Below are positions 18,885-29,375 of a stretch of DNA of 64,000 bases, piece after piece. This DNA is from an uncultured Acidobacteriota bacterium (GTDB lineage: Bacteria; Acidobacteriota; Blastocatellia; RBC074). A program made the translations under genes and the position numbers. A model generated the notes under the pieces. The model was not told the DNA's origin, did not search any database, and saw only the letters and a program-made list of their open reading frames with translations. Numbering within the stretch: position 1 is the stretch's first letter; each line of letters opens with the position of its first letter. Where the stretch lies: contig CAWCKY010000004.1 of assembly GCA_963796275.1 (NCBI GenBank), positions 1,152,001 to 1,216,000 of the forward strand. The letters are read 5' to 3'.

Positions 18885-20249
18885 CTACCTACTCATAAAA
18901 AGTTCCCGATCGAACTGGTTCGGATTTCCGATTGCGGCGAAATGAAAATTCTGGAGGTAGGTACTGCTGACGCGTTGTACATCCTCTGGCTTGACCTTGC
19001 TCAGGTCATCGATCCAGGTCTGCAAGCGTCGCCAGCCGCCTCCCAGAAGTTCGTACTCCGCCAGCCGTGCGGCCTGTGCATCATTTGTCTCAAGTTTGGA
19101 GTAATAAGAAGTCAGCATACCGCCGATCAAAGAGCGCAGTCCATCTTCGCGCAGCACGTTGCGCTGCAGGAAATCGATCTGATCGAACATCACGCGGATC
19201 GTTTCGTTCGGTTTGGGAGTGGTCACAACCAGAAAACCCGAATTGGCTCCGTTCGACAACAACGTCGCGTCCGCCGTGTATGTTAAATTGCGTTTTACTC
19301 TCACCTCCTGAAAGAAGAGCTGCCCGAGAATATTGACTGCGACATAAAAGGCCGGGTAGTCCGGGTGATCGAGCGGAGGAGCCGCAAATGTTCCCCGAAT
19401 GTAATTGGTCGCCACGCCCTTCTCGACCACCTGAAACTCGGAGTTGGCCGCATTTTCGAAACGCGGCGGAGCAACCGGTTCATAATCGCCTTTGCTCAGT
19501 TTGCCGAAAACGGCCTCGACTTTCTGCTTTATTTCTTCGAGCGTGAAATTGCCGACTACTACCACTGTCATCCGGGAAGTCTGCAGCAGCTTGGCGTGAT
19601 GAGCCTTCAGATCCGCGACCCCCAGGCTGCGCACCGACTCGATTGTCCCGTCGGGCGAGTTGATGTAGGGGTGCGATTTGTAGAGCAGATTGGTGCTGAT
19701 CCGCGCGACCTGTGACTCCGGAACATCGTTCTCTTGCCGTAACCCATTGACGATTTGGTCCTTCACCAGCGCGAGCTCTTTCTCCTCGAAGAGCGGGTTG
19801 AGGACAATGTCAGAGAGTATCTGCCAGGATCGGTCGAAATTCTGCCGCACGCATTTCATTGCGACGACACTGTAATCGTAACTGCCGGCCGCATCGACCA
19901 CGGTACCCAGGCGCGCGAGCTCGCGGTTGATCTGGCTCTTCGAAAAGCTCTTCGTCCCCTGCTGAGCTACCTCGAACAACAATGACTCGATGCCCGCATT
20001 CTTTTCGTTAATATTGCGCGATCCCCCACGGAAATAAATTTGTACAGCCACCACCTCGTTTCCCTGGACACGGCGATGGATAATCCTGAGACCGTTGGAT
20101 GTTATGAAATCAGATGTCGAATCGGTCGCACCCGATTGCGCCGTGACCCCGGCGAAGGCGCTTATGCAGCAAAGCACCGCTATTGTAAAAGTCCGGACGA
20201 CCCTGCGCCCTAATAATTTGATTTCTAGGTTTTCGATATTAATCATCAT
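18885..20249 (-). CDS. M16B peptidase, non-catalytic subunit
   Basis: Pitrilysin fold without HXXEH (GIESLLFEV); C-terminal EVRVKRNLTY R/Y motif. Confidence 0.88.
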   Translation of the reverse strand: MMINIENLEIKLLGRRVVRTFTIAVLCCISAFAGVTAQSGATDSTSDFITSNGLRIIHRRVQGNEVVAVQIYFRGGSRNINEKNAGIESLLFEVAQQGTKSFSKSQINRELARLGTVVDAAGSYDYSVVAMKCVRQNFDRSWQILSDIVLNPLFEEKELALVKDQIVNGLRQENDVPESQVARISTNLLYKSHPYINSPDGTIESVRSLGVADLKAHHAKLLQTSRMTVVVVGNFTLEEIKQKVEAVFGKLSKGDYEPVAPPRFENAANSEFQVVEKGVATNYIRGTFAAPPLDHPDYPAFYVAVNILGQLFFQEVRVKRNLTYTADATLLSNGANSGFLVVTTPKPNETIRVMFDQIDFLQRNVLREDGLRSLIGGMLTSYYSKLETNDAQAARLAEYELLGGGWRRLQTWIDDLSKVKPEDVQRVSSTYLQNFHFAAIGNPNQFDRELFMSR

Positions 20250-21763
20250 TGATTTGTCTTTCTCTTTATCTGCCGGTTTGGCGCCGCTTTCCCGCTCTTC
20301 TCTTTCGTTTCTCTCGCTTCGGACTTACCAGCTTCGACGGTGCTTTCCCCCGCCTTCTTCTCAGAAGCGGGAGACTCTCTCACTATCAGGTCCTGCGTCG
20401 TTAAATTTATCTTCTTCTGGTCAGCCTCCGAGATGAGAACGCCCACGACCCGCGGCTTGTTCTTGATGTATTTATCGACATAGCGCTTGATGTCGGCCCG
20501 CGTCACTTTGCGGAGGTTCTCGACGTAATTCGCGTAGTAACCGAGCCCCGAACTCGCCCACCAGAAGCTGACAGTATGAGCATACTCGGAGGGCTTCTCG
20601 CGACCATAAACCTCGTTTACGTCGAGCAGCGTCTTCGCGCTTTCAAGTTCCTCGTCAGTGAAATAATCGGGCGAGTCGAACTGGGCGATCTGCGCATTGA
20701 CCGCTTTGAGCGCATCTTTGAGCTTTTCGGGGGTCGTCTGCGCCAGCAGCGAAATGGGTCCGACGTTGAGCTGGGTATAGTAGTTGAAAGACGTTCCGGT
20801 TGTCAGCCCCGTATCGATCAGCTCGCGTGAGAATTTTGAATTCGGCTGCCGCAGAATGAACGAGAAAACGTCCGCCGCATAGGTCGCCGGAGCGTCCGTG
20901 TCAGTCGAGGGGCCGTGGTAAGACAGTTGAATGGTCGCCGCATTGACCGCCTGATTGATGATCACAAATTCATCTTTCTGGAGCGCCGGATGTTTGGGAA
21001 CCGGATATTTCACGAATGGGTCGTCGCCCCGCGCCCATTCATTGAATAGCTCAGCGGCGAGTTTGAAGATCTCCTGAGCATTGACATCGCCGGCCACTAC
21101 CAGAGCGGAGTTGTTCGGGATGTAATACTTCTGCTGAATCGTCCGCATCATCTCGGGAGTAGCGGTAGAGACCGTTTCGGGATTCCCCCCCTGATTTTTG
21201 CGCGATGGGTATTTGTACCAGAGCTGTCTATCCACCCCGTTGATCAAATAGAAGAATGGATTGGACCGATGCTGCGCCAGCTCATCGAGGACGACCTGGA
21301 TCTCCTGGTCAAGCTCGCGCTTGTCGAATAGCGGATAGCGGATCGCATCGCGCATGAGGACCATCGCCTCACGGGTTCCGGTTTTGACCGTGGTCGTATA
21401 GTAATTGACCACCTCTTCGCGCGTCGTGGCGTTCTGCAACATGCCGAGCTCCGCCGGCCGGTCGTGATACCCTTCCGCCCGTGAACGCTCATTCGATTTG
21501 AAAAACATGTGCTCATAGAGATGCGAGAGTCCGTTAAATTCCGGCGTCTCAGTATATGCGCCGTTTTTAACGGCGATCTCAACCGTCACGAGCGGTACCG
21601 AGCGGTTTTCGATGACGATCACCTGCAACCCGTTCTTGAGCGTGATCATCTGCCACTGCGGTTTACCATTGACCGTGACGAAGGCGAGCAGCGATAAAAA
21701 TATTGCTGTCGCAAATCCTGCGGCGGCTCGCCGATATTTGATGTTCACGATTAGTATCTCCAA
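20246..21763 (-). CDS. M16B zinc peptidase, catalytic subunit
   Basis: TLKNGLQV; GLSHLYEHMFFK (HXXEH); YYIPNNSALVVAGD. Confidence 0.92.
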   Translation of the reverse strand: MEILIVNIKYRRAAAGFATAIFLSLLAFVTVNGKPQWQMITLKNGLQVIVIENRSVPLVTVEIAVKNGAYTETPEFNGLSHLYEHMFFKSNERSRAEGYHDRPAELGMLQNATTREEVVNYYTTTVKTGTREAMVLMRDAIRYPLFDKRELDQEIQVVLDELAQHRSNPFFYLINGVDRQLWYKYPSRKNQGGNPETVSTATPEMMRTIQQKYYIPNNSALVVAGDVNAQEIFKLAAELFNEWARGDDPFVKYPVPKHPALQKDEFVIINQAVNAATIQLSYHGPSTDTDAPATYAADVFSFILRQPNSKFSRELIDTGLTTGTSFNYYTQLNVGPISLLAQTTPEKLKDALKAVNAQIAQFDSPDYFTDEELESAKTLLDVNEVYGREKPSEYAHTVSFWWASSGLGYYANYVENLRKVTRADIKRYVDKYIKNKPRVVGVLISEADQKKINLTTQDLIVRESPASEKKAGESTVEAGKSEARETKEKSGKAAPNRQIKRKTNQ

Positions 21764-21855
21764 TCAGTTGGGAATTGATTGTTAACAGTTGATAGTTCGT
21801 AAACACTCCGGCAACAACAAAACGAACTACCAACTATCAACTGTTAACTCCCGGA

Positions 21856-22644
21856 TTACTTCCAAAATGCAAACCAGCTCTTCTTATTCCTGCGTCCCGC
21901 GAGGGCGTCGAGGTCTGGGTCCGGCTGGAACGGGATCGCGCGATCATTGATCAAAGCCAGCGGATTATCCTCTACCATGGCGCGCGCATAATCCGCGCCT
22001 CCCCAGTTCGCCGCGATCCGGACCGCGGGCGATAGCAGTGGCCTCCGGCGATCTTGGTGATGCGCGTCGGTGGCGATGAAGTGTGCGAGCCCGGCTTCGA
22101 CGATCCGCTTCGCCGTTTGATACGGATCAGGTCCGAAGCTCTTGGTCAAACTCCCTGCATCGAGCTGTGAGAAGGCTCCGCGTTCAACCAGGTCGGCGAT
22201 GATCCGGGGGTCCTCTTGAATGCGTTTGTTTCGCTCCGGGTGCGCGATTACCGGCGTAATTCCGGCACTGAGTATCTGAAAAATCGTCATTTCGATATTG
22301 GGCGGGATAGATTGAAACGGAAATTCGAGCAGCATGTAAGATGTGCCGTTGAGTTTGATGCGGGTTTCCGGATCATCGGTCTCCTGAAAAATTTCGTAAC
22401 TGTATCGAACCTCCGCTCCCGGCACTATCTTGACGCATCCACCGCACGCATTCATCACCGCTTCGATCCTGGCGCGAATCGACTCTTTATCCGGCGTCTG
22501 ATGTACACCGTCAAACATATGAGGCGTCGCGATGATCGTCTCGATTCCGTCCGCCGCCGCGACACGAGCCATCTCCACCGACTCCTCCAGGGAGCCCGCA
22601 CCATCATCGGTTTCAGGTAGGATATGGCAGTGAATATCGACCAT
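21856..22644 (-). CDS. CpsB/CapC (YwqE-like) PHP tyrosine-protein phosphatase
   Basis: DIHCHILP..DDGA; ATPH; IAHPERN; ATDAH. Confidence 0.93.
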   Translation of the reverse strand: MVDIHCHILPETDDGAGSLEESVEMARVAAADGIETIIATPHMFDGVHQTPDKESIRARIEAVMNACGGCVKIVPGAEVRYSYEIFQETDDPETRIKLNGTSYMLLEFPFQSIPPNIEMTIFQILSAGITPVIAHPERNKRIQEDPRIIADLVERGAFSQLDAGSLTKSFGPDPYQTAKRIVEAGLAHFIATDAHHQDRRRPLLSPAVRIAANWGGADYARAMVEDNPLALINDRAIPFQPDPDLDALAGRRNKKSWFAFWK

Positions 22645-22827
22645 GAATGGCCATTATCGATGATTGCGTATATCCGTTCAAGGCGCTTATCCGCGGAACG
22701 ATCGGGTATACATCAAAAAACCCCATTACGAATCTACAACTTAATACAAAGACAATCCGATCGCTGAATTGGCCACCGATGCGAGATTGATGTGCGGCGG
22801 CTTCGTCCCCCGCCTCATAAGTTTGGT

Positions 22828-23199
22828 TTAGCTCGATCCCGCTCGCTGCGCCGAGGGACTACGCCGGACTGCTTCGATCAGCGCTCCCGATTTAATCGCC
22901 AGGTGCGAATCGGTCCAGATTGCGAGCCCTTCGCTCACGATAATAGCCTGAGGCGATTCGTGCTGAACGCCTGTCACCCTCGCCAGTTCGTCGCTGACAT
23001 CGCGCGAACTCTGGATGACGATCAGGCAATTGCGTACCCCTGCGCCCTCCGGCGCCTGCAGATACTTGCGAAACTCATTGAAAGCGCGCATGCTCACTCC
23101 GCAAGTATTACTGTGTTTGAAAAAAAGAACCGTCTGCCGATCGCTCGCCTGCAAAACCTCCGCCAGCGCATCTAGCGATGTGATCTCCTGATAGTCCAT
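22828..23199 (-). CDS. ytxJ: Bacillithiol-system redox protein YtxJ/BrxC (DUF2847)
   Basis: FFKHSNTCGVSMRA...VTGVQHESPQAII...SH. Confidence 0.88.
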   Translation of the reverse strand: MDYQEITSLDALAEVLQASDRQTVLFFKHSNTCGVSMRAFNEFRKYLQAPEGAGVRNCLIVIQSSRDVSDELARVTGVQHESPQAIIVSEGLAIWTDSHLAIKSGALIEAVRRSPSAQRAGSS

Positions 23200-23374
23200 C
23201 TTTATTATTGCTGCTCCAATCTTTGATACGGATGCGGGATAGCCTGTGATAACATTAACTCACTGCTGAGCGCAAGCAGCCTCGATCATTGGCCCATCTT
23301 TCGTGTAAGCTAGAGCCGGTAAGCTAACGTTTGCTTCAGTGTTTCCAAAGATATTTAACAATTTTTCACTCTCT

Positions 23375-23401
23375 TGAAACACGTATGAAAATCTGTTCGT
23401 A
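23375..23401 (+). promoter_or_regulatory. Putative ECF (SigW-like) promoter
   Basis: TGAAAC-N17-CGTA about 80 bp upstream of the efflux adaptor gene. Confidence 0.5.
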
Positions 23402-23479
23402 TAGGGTGTCGGCTGATTCGTACATCCGAAAATAGCATATAAAATAGAAAGTTATCATCTTCTGGAGGGAATCACACTA

Positions 23480-24973
23480 ATGGTCGTAACTAGGAGAAAG
23501 AAGATCATAATCGCGGCAGCTGCGGTAGTCGTGTTAGGGGGGATAATTGTCGCCGGAGTATTCGCGCGCCGCAATGATCAGGTCGAGGTTCAGACGGCCA
23601 AAATCGAACGCCGCGCCGTTCTCGAATCGAAGGTGACGGCGAATGGCGAGGTTCGGCCGATTGTATACTCCGATCTCACCGCGGAGGTGCCCGGCCGCGT
23701 CACCGACGTCTACGTCAAAGAGGGGGAGAAGGTGAAGAAGGGGTCTCCGCTCCTTCGCGTTGACCCGACGCAGCTGGCGACATCGACATCATTTCAGGAA
23801 GCCGCGCTGCGCGCATCACAGGCTGAAACCCAGACTCAGACGGCGGCGCTGGACGCGGCTGAGAATTCAATCAACACGGCGCGCGCCCAGTTCAACACAT
23901 CGAAGGCGGATTTCGATAAGTCGGCTGTCGAAAAAAACAATGCGGAGATCGAGCTCAAACGCGCCGCTGAACTGCTCGAAGCCGGAATCCAGTCGCGGTC
24001 GTTTTATGATACCGCCAAAATGAGATTTGATGCGGCTTGCGCCTCAGTCGATGCGGCGAAAGCCCGGGTCCAGCAATCGGAGGTCCAGATGCGAGATGCG
24101 GAGATTCGCGTCAAACAGGCAAGCGCGACGCTCAATTCGTCGAAGGCGCGCGTCTCACAGCAGCAGGCGAGCCTCGACCAGGCGGCCGACCAGCTCAGAA
24201 GGACCACGCAGTATGCACCGATCGACGGGATCGTGGCCGGCCCGATCGTCAAGGAAGGCACGTACGCCCTCGCCAACTTTTCATCGACCCCTTTACTGCT
24301 TATCGCCGATATGTCTGTCATCAACATCGAGGTCCGCGTCGATGAGACCGACATCGCGAACGTCGCGCTCGGCCAGAAGGCCAAGGTTAAAGTCGATGCC
24401 CTGGGAGACAGAGAGATCGAAGGCGAGATAGTTGAGCGGGCTGCCTGGGCACAGAATCGTTCGGGACAGACGACGGCTCAGACTGCCGCCGCAGCGAATC
24501 AGGAGGCAAAGGATTTTAAAGTAGTGGTTCGGCTCATTAATCTGACCGACGAAGTGCGTGAGCGCCTGCGCCCGGGCATGTCAGCCACCGCGGTGATTAC
24601 GACCAACCGGCACGAGAATGTCATCGCGGTTCCGCTCCAGTCGCTGGTTGAACGCGACCCGCAGCAGGTCGGACAGGGTGGAACAAACACAGAGGCTCAA
24701 AACCAGGCGAAGAATCCCAACGAGAATCCTAAAGATCCCAAAGATAAGAAGCCGGTCAAGGGCATCTTCGCCATCCAGAATGAGAAGACCGTATTTGTTC
24801 CGGTCGAGACGGGAATCACCGGTGAGAACGACATAGAGATCAAGAGCGGTCTGAAAGAAGGGCAAGAGATAGTCATCGGGCCCTATCGCCAGCTACGCAC
24901 ACTGAAGAACGATCAAAAAATCAAGCGGGAAGACAAGAATAAAAAACCCGCGGGCGAGGAAGGCAAAGCATAG
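23480..24973 (+). CDS. MacA/YknX-like efflux periplasmic adaptor
   Basis: N-terminal anchor, lipoyl-like half ([17 protein letters not shown]), long coiled coil, [17 protein letters not shown]. Confidence 0.92.
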   Translation: MVVTRRKKIIIAAAAVVVLGGIIVAGVFARRNDQVEVQTAKIERRAVLESKVTANGEVRPIVYSDLTAEVPGRVTDVYVKEGEKVKKGSPLLRVDPTQLATSTSFQEAALRASQAETQTQTAALDAAENSINTARAQFNTSKADFDKSAVEKNNAEIELKRAAELLEAGIQSRSFYDTAKMRFDAACASVDAAKARVQQSEVQMRDAEIRVKQASATLNSSKARVSQQQASLDQAADQLRRTTQYAPIDGIVAGPIVKEGTYALANFSSTPLLLIADMSVINIEVRVDETDIANVALGQKAKVKVDALGDREIEGEIVERAAWAQNRSGQTTAQTAAAANQEAKDFKVVVRLINLTDEVRERLRPGMSATAVITTNRHENVIAVPLQSLVERDPQQVGQGGTNTEAQNQAKNPNENPKDPKDKKPVKGIFAIQNEKTVFVPVETGITGENDIEIKSGLKEGQEIVIGPYRQLRTLKNDQKIKREDKNKKPAGEEGKA

Positions 24974-25037
24974 CAACGCAGTAATAAGTAATATATTAAA
25001 GCTGCGCAACATCAGCCATATCAAAGAGGTTTCATTA

Positions 25038-25787
25038 ATGCTGGTAGGCACAATACAAGAGCAGACGGGAATTTCGAGCGAGCTCGTGCGCAATGGTATG
25101 CAGGATGCGATGATTCGCACACAGGAGCTGTGGAAGACATATGTCATGGGAGAGGAGGAGATTCACGCGCTACGCGGAGTGACCTTCGAGATCAAGCGCA
25201 ACGAATATGTCGCTATCATCGGCCCGTCAGGCTCGGGCAAATCGACGCTGATGAACTTGATCGGTTGTCTCGATACGCCGAGCAAAGGAGAATATTGGCT
25301 CAACGGCAAACTGGTCTCGCAGATGGATGACGACGAACTGGCGCACATCCGCAACAAGGAGATCGGGTTCGTCTTCCAGACATTCAATCTGCTGCCGCGC
25401 GCGACCGCATTGCACAACGTCGAATTACCGATGATTTACAATGGCACGCCGGCGGCCAAAAGAATAGAGATGGCTAAGAGGGCGCTCGAATCGGTCGACC
25501 TCGGCCAGCGCATGAACCACAAACCAAACGAACTCTCCGGAGGTCAACGGCAGCGCGTTGCAATCGCGCGAGCGCTCGTCAATAACCCGTCAATCATCCT
25601 GGCCGATGAACCTACGGGAAACCTCGATTCGAAGACATCGGAAGAGATCATGCAGCTCCTCGATGTGCTCCACAAACGCGGAAACACGATCATCCTCGTC
25701 ACACACGAGCACGATATCGCCGCTCATGCTCATCGTGTCATTTCGATCCTCGACGGGCAGATATCAAAAGATGAGCGTATGAGGTAA
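25038..25787 (+). CDS. MacB/LolD-type ABC ATP-binding protein
   Basis: GPSGSGKST; [15 protein letters not shown]; [10 protein letters not shown]; VTHE. Confidence 0.95.
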   Translation: MLVGTIQEQTGISSELVRNGMQDAMIRTQELWKTYVMGEEEIHALRGVTFEIKRNEYVAIIGPSGSGKSTLMNLIGCLDTPSKGEYWLNGKLVSQMDDDELAHIRNKEIGFVFQTFNLLPRATALHNVELPMIYNGTPAAKRIEMAKRALESVDLGQRMNHKPNELSGGQRQRVAIARALVNNPSIILADEPTGNLDSKTSEEIMQLLDVLHKRGNTIILVTHEHDIAAHAHRVISILDGQISKDERMR

Positions 25788-25963
25788 TCGATCCAGTAAA
25801 GATTGGTGCACGAAGCGCGATCTACAGAAGCGCCAGATACCGCTGATCTCAACCGAACTCCAAGCGCGCAAGCCATTTGCTTCAGGCGGTTAGAAATCGC
25901 GTGCGGAAAGAAAAGACCGCGTAAACGCGGAACTCCAAGCGCAAGCGCGTGATCAACCTGATA

Positions 25964-26326
25964 TCAACTATTTTTTTTCGTTCTGGTGTGTCGCGCGTTA
26001 AATCGCTCGCTGCCTATATCGCGCAGGCGGCGCTGGAATGGTGAATCGGCCTCGCGGATACTGAGCCGGCGGATTTGTTCCCATCGCCTTTCGATCTCAG
26101 CCTGAAATTCGCTGCGGTGGTCCCGGAAGTAATCGAGCGCTGCGCTCACCTGACTATTCGTCAGAGCGGGAAAGCGCGAACATATCTCGTCGAGGCTTCC
26201 GCCGTGGGCAAGTCTATCGATTACGATCTCGATGACTTTTACCTGTTTTCCCCTGATCCAGGCCACACCACAGCTGTCCAGTTCGATTGGCGCCTTCGTA
26301 TTCTTTGATCCACTCGCTTCAGCCAA
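25964..26326 (-). CDS. DUF433 (VapB45-like antitoxin-type) protein
   Basis: [12 protein letters not shown]...[25 protein letters not shown]. Confidence 0.8.
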   Translation of the reverse strand: MAEASGSKNTKAPIELDSCGVAWIRGKQVKVIEIVIDRLAHGGSLDEICSRFPALTNSQVSAALDYFRDHRSEFQAEIERRWEQIRRLSIREADSPFQRRLRDIGSERFNARHTRTKKNS

Positions 26327-26591
26327 TTTTTCTCTCTCTGCTGGAAATTTATAAGTATTTTAGTAATTGTTCCGTACACTCGCAAGCGAATAAAAACCCA
26401 GATGAAACGGTTCCTGGTTTGACTATCCACGATCTCGGGTTACTATGTCGAGGAGGAATTTGTCGATGCCGTCAGCGTGGTATCGGGAAACACGGAAATT
26501 TAGGCAGGATTTACAGGATTTTTCAAGATTCAGCGCATTTATGAAATCCTGAAAGATTCTGTAAGTCCTATCTTTTTTAAGGAGATACGAG

Positions 26592-28265
26592 GTGAAAAAC
26601 GGCGGACAGAAAATATTGATTTCGGTCTTTTTCGCTCTGTTGATCAGCGCGGCTCTGACGTTGTCACCATTGGTCAGCGCACAGGATGACGCGAAAAGAC
26701 AGAAACTTACCGATCAATATAAAAGTGCGATCAATATCATCAAGGAGAATTACGTCGTCGAGGTCGACCACGAGATACTGACCAAGGTAGCGATCCATGG
26801 CATGCTCAAATCGCTCGACCCTCACTCCGACTATCTGGACCGGAAAACATTCCAGGAATTCAACGAGAAGCAACACAGCAAGTACTTCGGCATCGGATCG
26901 CACATCCGCTCGGCAAACCGCGCAACATACATCATCGAGCCATTCAGCGACAGTCCGGCAATACGCGCCGGCTTGCGTTATGGCGATCACATCGTGGCGG
27001 TCGACGGCACGGATACATCGAATTGGACTTCCGATCGTGTCCGCAATCTCCTGCTCGGCGCACAGGGGACTCAGGTGGCCGTCAAGGTAAAACGGCTCGG
27101 AGTTGACGAACCGCTAACGGTCAATATCGTCCGCGACGGCATCTACCTGCCATCGATCCCGAACTACTATCTGATCAAACCGAACATCGGATACATCGGT
27201 CTGACGCGCAACTTCCAGACGACCACGGCAAACGAGCTGCGAGATGCGATAGCAGAATTGCGCGAAGCGGGCGCCGAATCTTTCATCCTGGACCTGCGCA
27301 ACAACGGCGGAGGATATCTCGATCAGGCGATTCGCTCGTGCGACCTTTTCTTACAGCGCGGTCAAGCGGTCGTTTCCGTGCGCAGCCGCCCCGGCAGCAG
27401 AAACGAAAAACAGGACTATTTCGCCGAACAGGGGGTTAGCGAAAACTTCCCGCTCGTAGTTCTTATCGACCGCACGTCGGCCTCCGCGTCAGAGATCGTG
27501 GCGGGCGCTATTCAGGATCACGATCGCGGGTTGATAATCGGCGAACCGAGCTTCGGCAAAGGGCTCGTTCAACGCATCTTCCCGCTCCATAACGGCGGAG
27601 CGTTGACCCTCACCATCGCTCATTACTACACGCCCAGCGGCCGATTGATTCAACGCGATTATTCGAACGGGTCGCTCTTCGAGTATTATTCCCGAAGGAA
27701 CGCTGACGGCAATTCTGCACCCAAGCAGAACCCGGCGGACGAGAAAAAGACCGATCTCGGCAGAACGGTATACGGCGGCGGTGGAATAGAGCCCGATATC
27801 AAGGTGGAGCCCAGTTTCCGATACGACCGGCCGGAATTGTTGAATGCGGCGCAGGGCAGCCTGTATTCGAGCATCTGCCTTTTCGTGCGCGAACTGGTCG
27901 GCGGGCAGGTCTCGGGCTTCCCTCAATTCAAACTTAACAACAGCGCGCAGCACAGCGCTCGCCCCAAAATGTCCGAATACACCATCAATGACGATGCGTT
28001 GAAAGCATACCGCGCATTTGCCGTTAAATTTTTCAAGGACAACCCGGAATATCGCGTAACGACGGCGACGATCGATGAGAACCTGGTCTGGGCACGTCTC
28101 CAAATCCGATACGAAGTGCTTCTGGCTGCGTACGGCACCGAGATAGCTCAACAGGTAATGAATGACATGGACGTCCAACTGCAACGCGCCGTCACTGAAA
28201 TGCCGAAAGCCGCAGATCTGTCGAATCGCTCCTGGCGGCGTTCGACAACGAGCGTGATCCGGTAA
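26592..28265 (+). CDS. S41 carboxy-terminal processing protease (CtpA/Prc-like)
   Basis: LDPHS; PDZ; LDLRNNGGG; [18 protein letters not shown]; FGKGLVQ; [10 protein letters not shown]. Confidence 0.95.
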   Translation: MKNGGQKILISVFFALLISAALTLSPLVSAQDDAKRQKLTDQYKSAINIIKENYVVEVDHEILTKVAIHGMLKSLDPHSDYLDRKTFQEFNEKQHSKYFGIGSHIRSANRATYIIEPFSDSPAIRAGLRYGDHIVAVDGTDTSNWTSDRVRNLLLGAQGTQVAVKVKRLGVDEPLTVNIVRDGIYLPSIPNYYLIKPNIGYIGLTRNFQTTTANELRDAIAELREAGAESFILDLRNNGGGYLDQAIRSCDLFLQRGQAVVSVRSRPGSRNEKQDYFAEQGVSENFPLVVLIDRTSASASEIVAGAIQDHDRGLIIGEPSFGKGLVQRIFPLHNGGALTLTIAHYYTPSGRLIQRDYSNGSLFEYYSRRNADGNSAPKQNPADEKKTDLGRTVYGGGGIEPDIKVEPSFRYDRPELLNAAQGSLYSSICLFVRELVGGQVSGFPQFKLNNSAQHSARPKMSEYTINDDALKAYRAFAVKFFKDNPEYRVTTATIDENLVWARLQIRYEVLLAAYGTEIAQQVMNDMDVQLQRAVTEMPKAADLSNRSWRRSTTSVIR

Positions 28266-28271
28266 TTCGAT

Positions 28272-28348
28272 AAAGCAGAAAGCAAAAAGGCAAAAAAAAG
28301 CAAGAAAGGCAATATTCGGTATTTTTGCCTTTTTTGCTTTTTTTGTTT
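28272..28348. repeat. GCAAAAAGG/CCTTTTTGC tandem-inverted repeat (also about 53272-53345, 56565-56610, 62900-62976)
   Basis: Purine-rich arm of about 9-bp units followed by a complementary pyrimidine arm. Confidence 0.7.
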
Positions 28349-28469
28349 CATCCACTCACAAGATCGCCACCATCGGCAACATTTCGCTTCGGGCTTCCCA
28401 AGGGAGTTTATCTCACACCCTTGAGAATCGAGCTGAGCTTGACAACTTTCGACACACTCTCTGAATAAA

Positions 28470-29312
28470 ATGAAAATCATCGACACACATCAGCACCTCT
28501 GGGATCTCGATCATCTGCCATACTCGTGGACTTCTAATCGCCCGAAATTGAAGCGCAATTTCCTTTTAAGGGATTACCTGGATGCTACCCGCGGCTTCGA
28601 GGTGATCAAATCGGTTCATGTCGAGGCCGATGTAGACGAACCGCACATGCTAGCTGAAACTCAGCACATACTGGCTCTGGCGGAGGACGATAGCAACCTG
28701 CTCTCAGGTGTAGTAGCGGCGGCGCGACCCGAATACGATAACTTTCGCGAGTATATTGAACAGATCGCTGGCCGTCCCCATCTGAAAGGGATTCGCCGTT
28801 TATTGCAATCAGAACCCGATGAGCTATCAACGACGGCGACATTTATCGAAAACGTACGTTATCTCGAGGCATATGGGCTTTCGTTCGATATCTGCGTGTT
28901 GGGGCGGCAGCTGCCTCTCGCGATCAATCTCGTGAACAAATGCCCGAAAGTGAATTTCATCCTCGACCATTGCGGCAATCCCGATATAAAGGCGCGGGAC
29001 TATGAAAACTGGCGCAGCGCGATGAGAGAGATCGCAAGCTATCCCAATATCGTATGCAAAGTCTCAGGCATCGTCGTCAATACGGATATCGAAAACTGGA
29101 CGATTGATGACCTGCGGCCGGCGGTCGAGCACGTCATCGATTGTTTCGGATGGGATCGCGTGATGTTCGGTAGCGATTGGCCAGTCTGCACCCTCGCAGC
29201 CAGCTTCAAACAGTGGGTCGATGCGCTGATATTCCTCACCAAAGACGCGGGCGCTAACAATCAACAAAAACTCTTTCAGGATAATGCCCGGAGGGTTTAT
29301 AGGCTTAATTAG
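28470..29312 (+). CDS. Amidohydrolase-2 family lactonase (L-fuconolactonase-like)
   Basis: DTHQHLW; LDHCGNP; CKVSG; FGSDWPV. Confidence 0.88.
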   Translation: MKIIDTHQHLWDLDHLPYSWTSNRPKLKRNFLLRDYLDATRGFEVIKSVHVEADVDEPHMLAETQHILALAEDDSNLLSGVVAAARPEYDNFREYIEQIAGRPHLKGIRRLLQSEPDELSTTATFIENVRYLEAYGLSFDICVLGRQLPLAINLVNKCPKVNFILDHCGNPDIKARDYENWRSAMREIASYPNIVCKVSGIVVNTDIENWTIDDLRPAVEHVIDCFGWDRVMFGSDWPVCTLAASFKQWVDALIFLTKDAGANNQQKLFQDNARRVYRLN

Positions 29313-29375
29313 TTGATAGTTGATAGTTCGAATAGATTGTGGCCACAAATTATTCGAACTATCAATTATCAACTA

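Noticed and set aside
23245-23260. Second CRP box TGTGA-N6-TAACT upstream of ytxJ
   Set aside because: Two mismatches in one half-site and no supporting promoter geometry.
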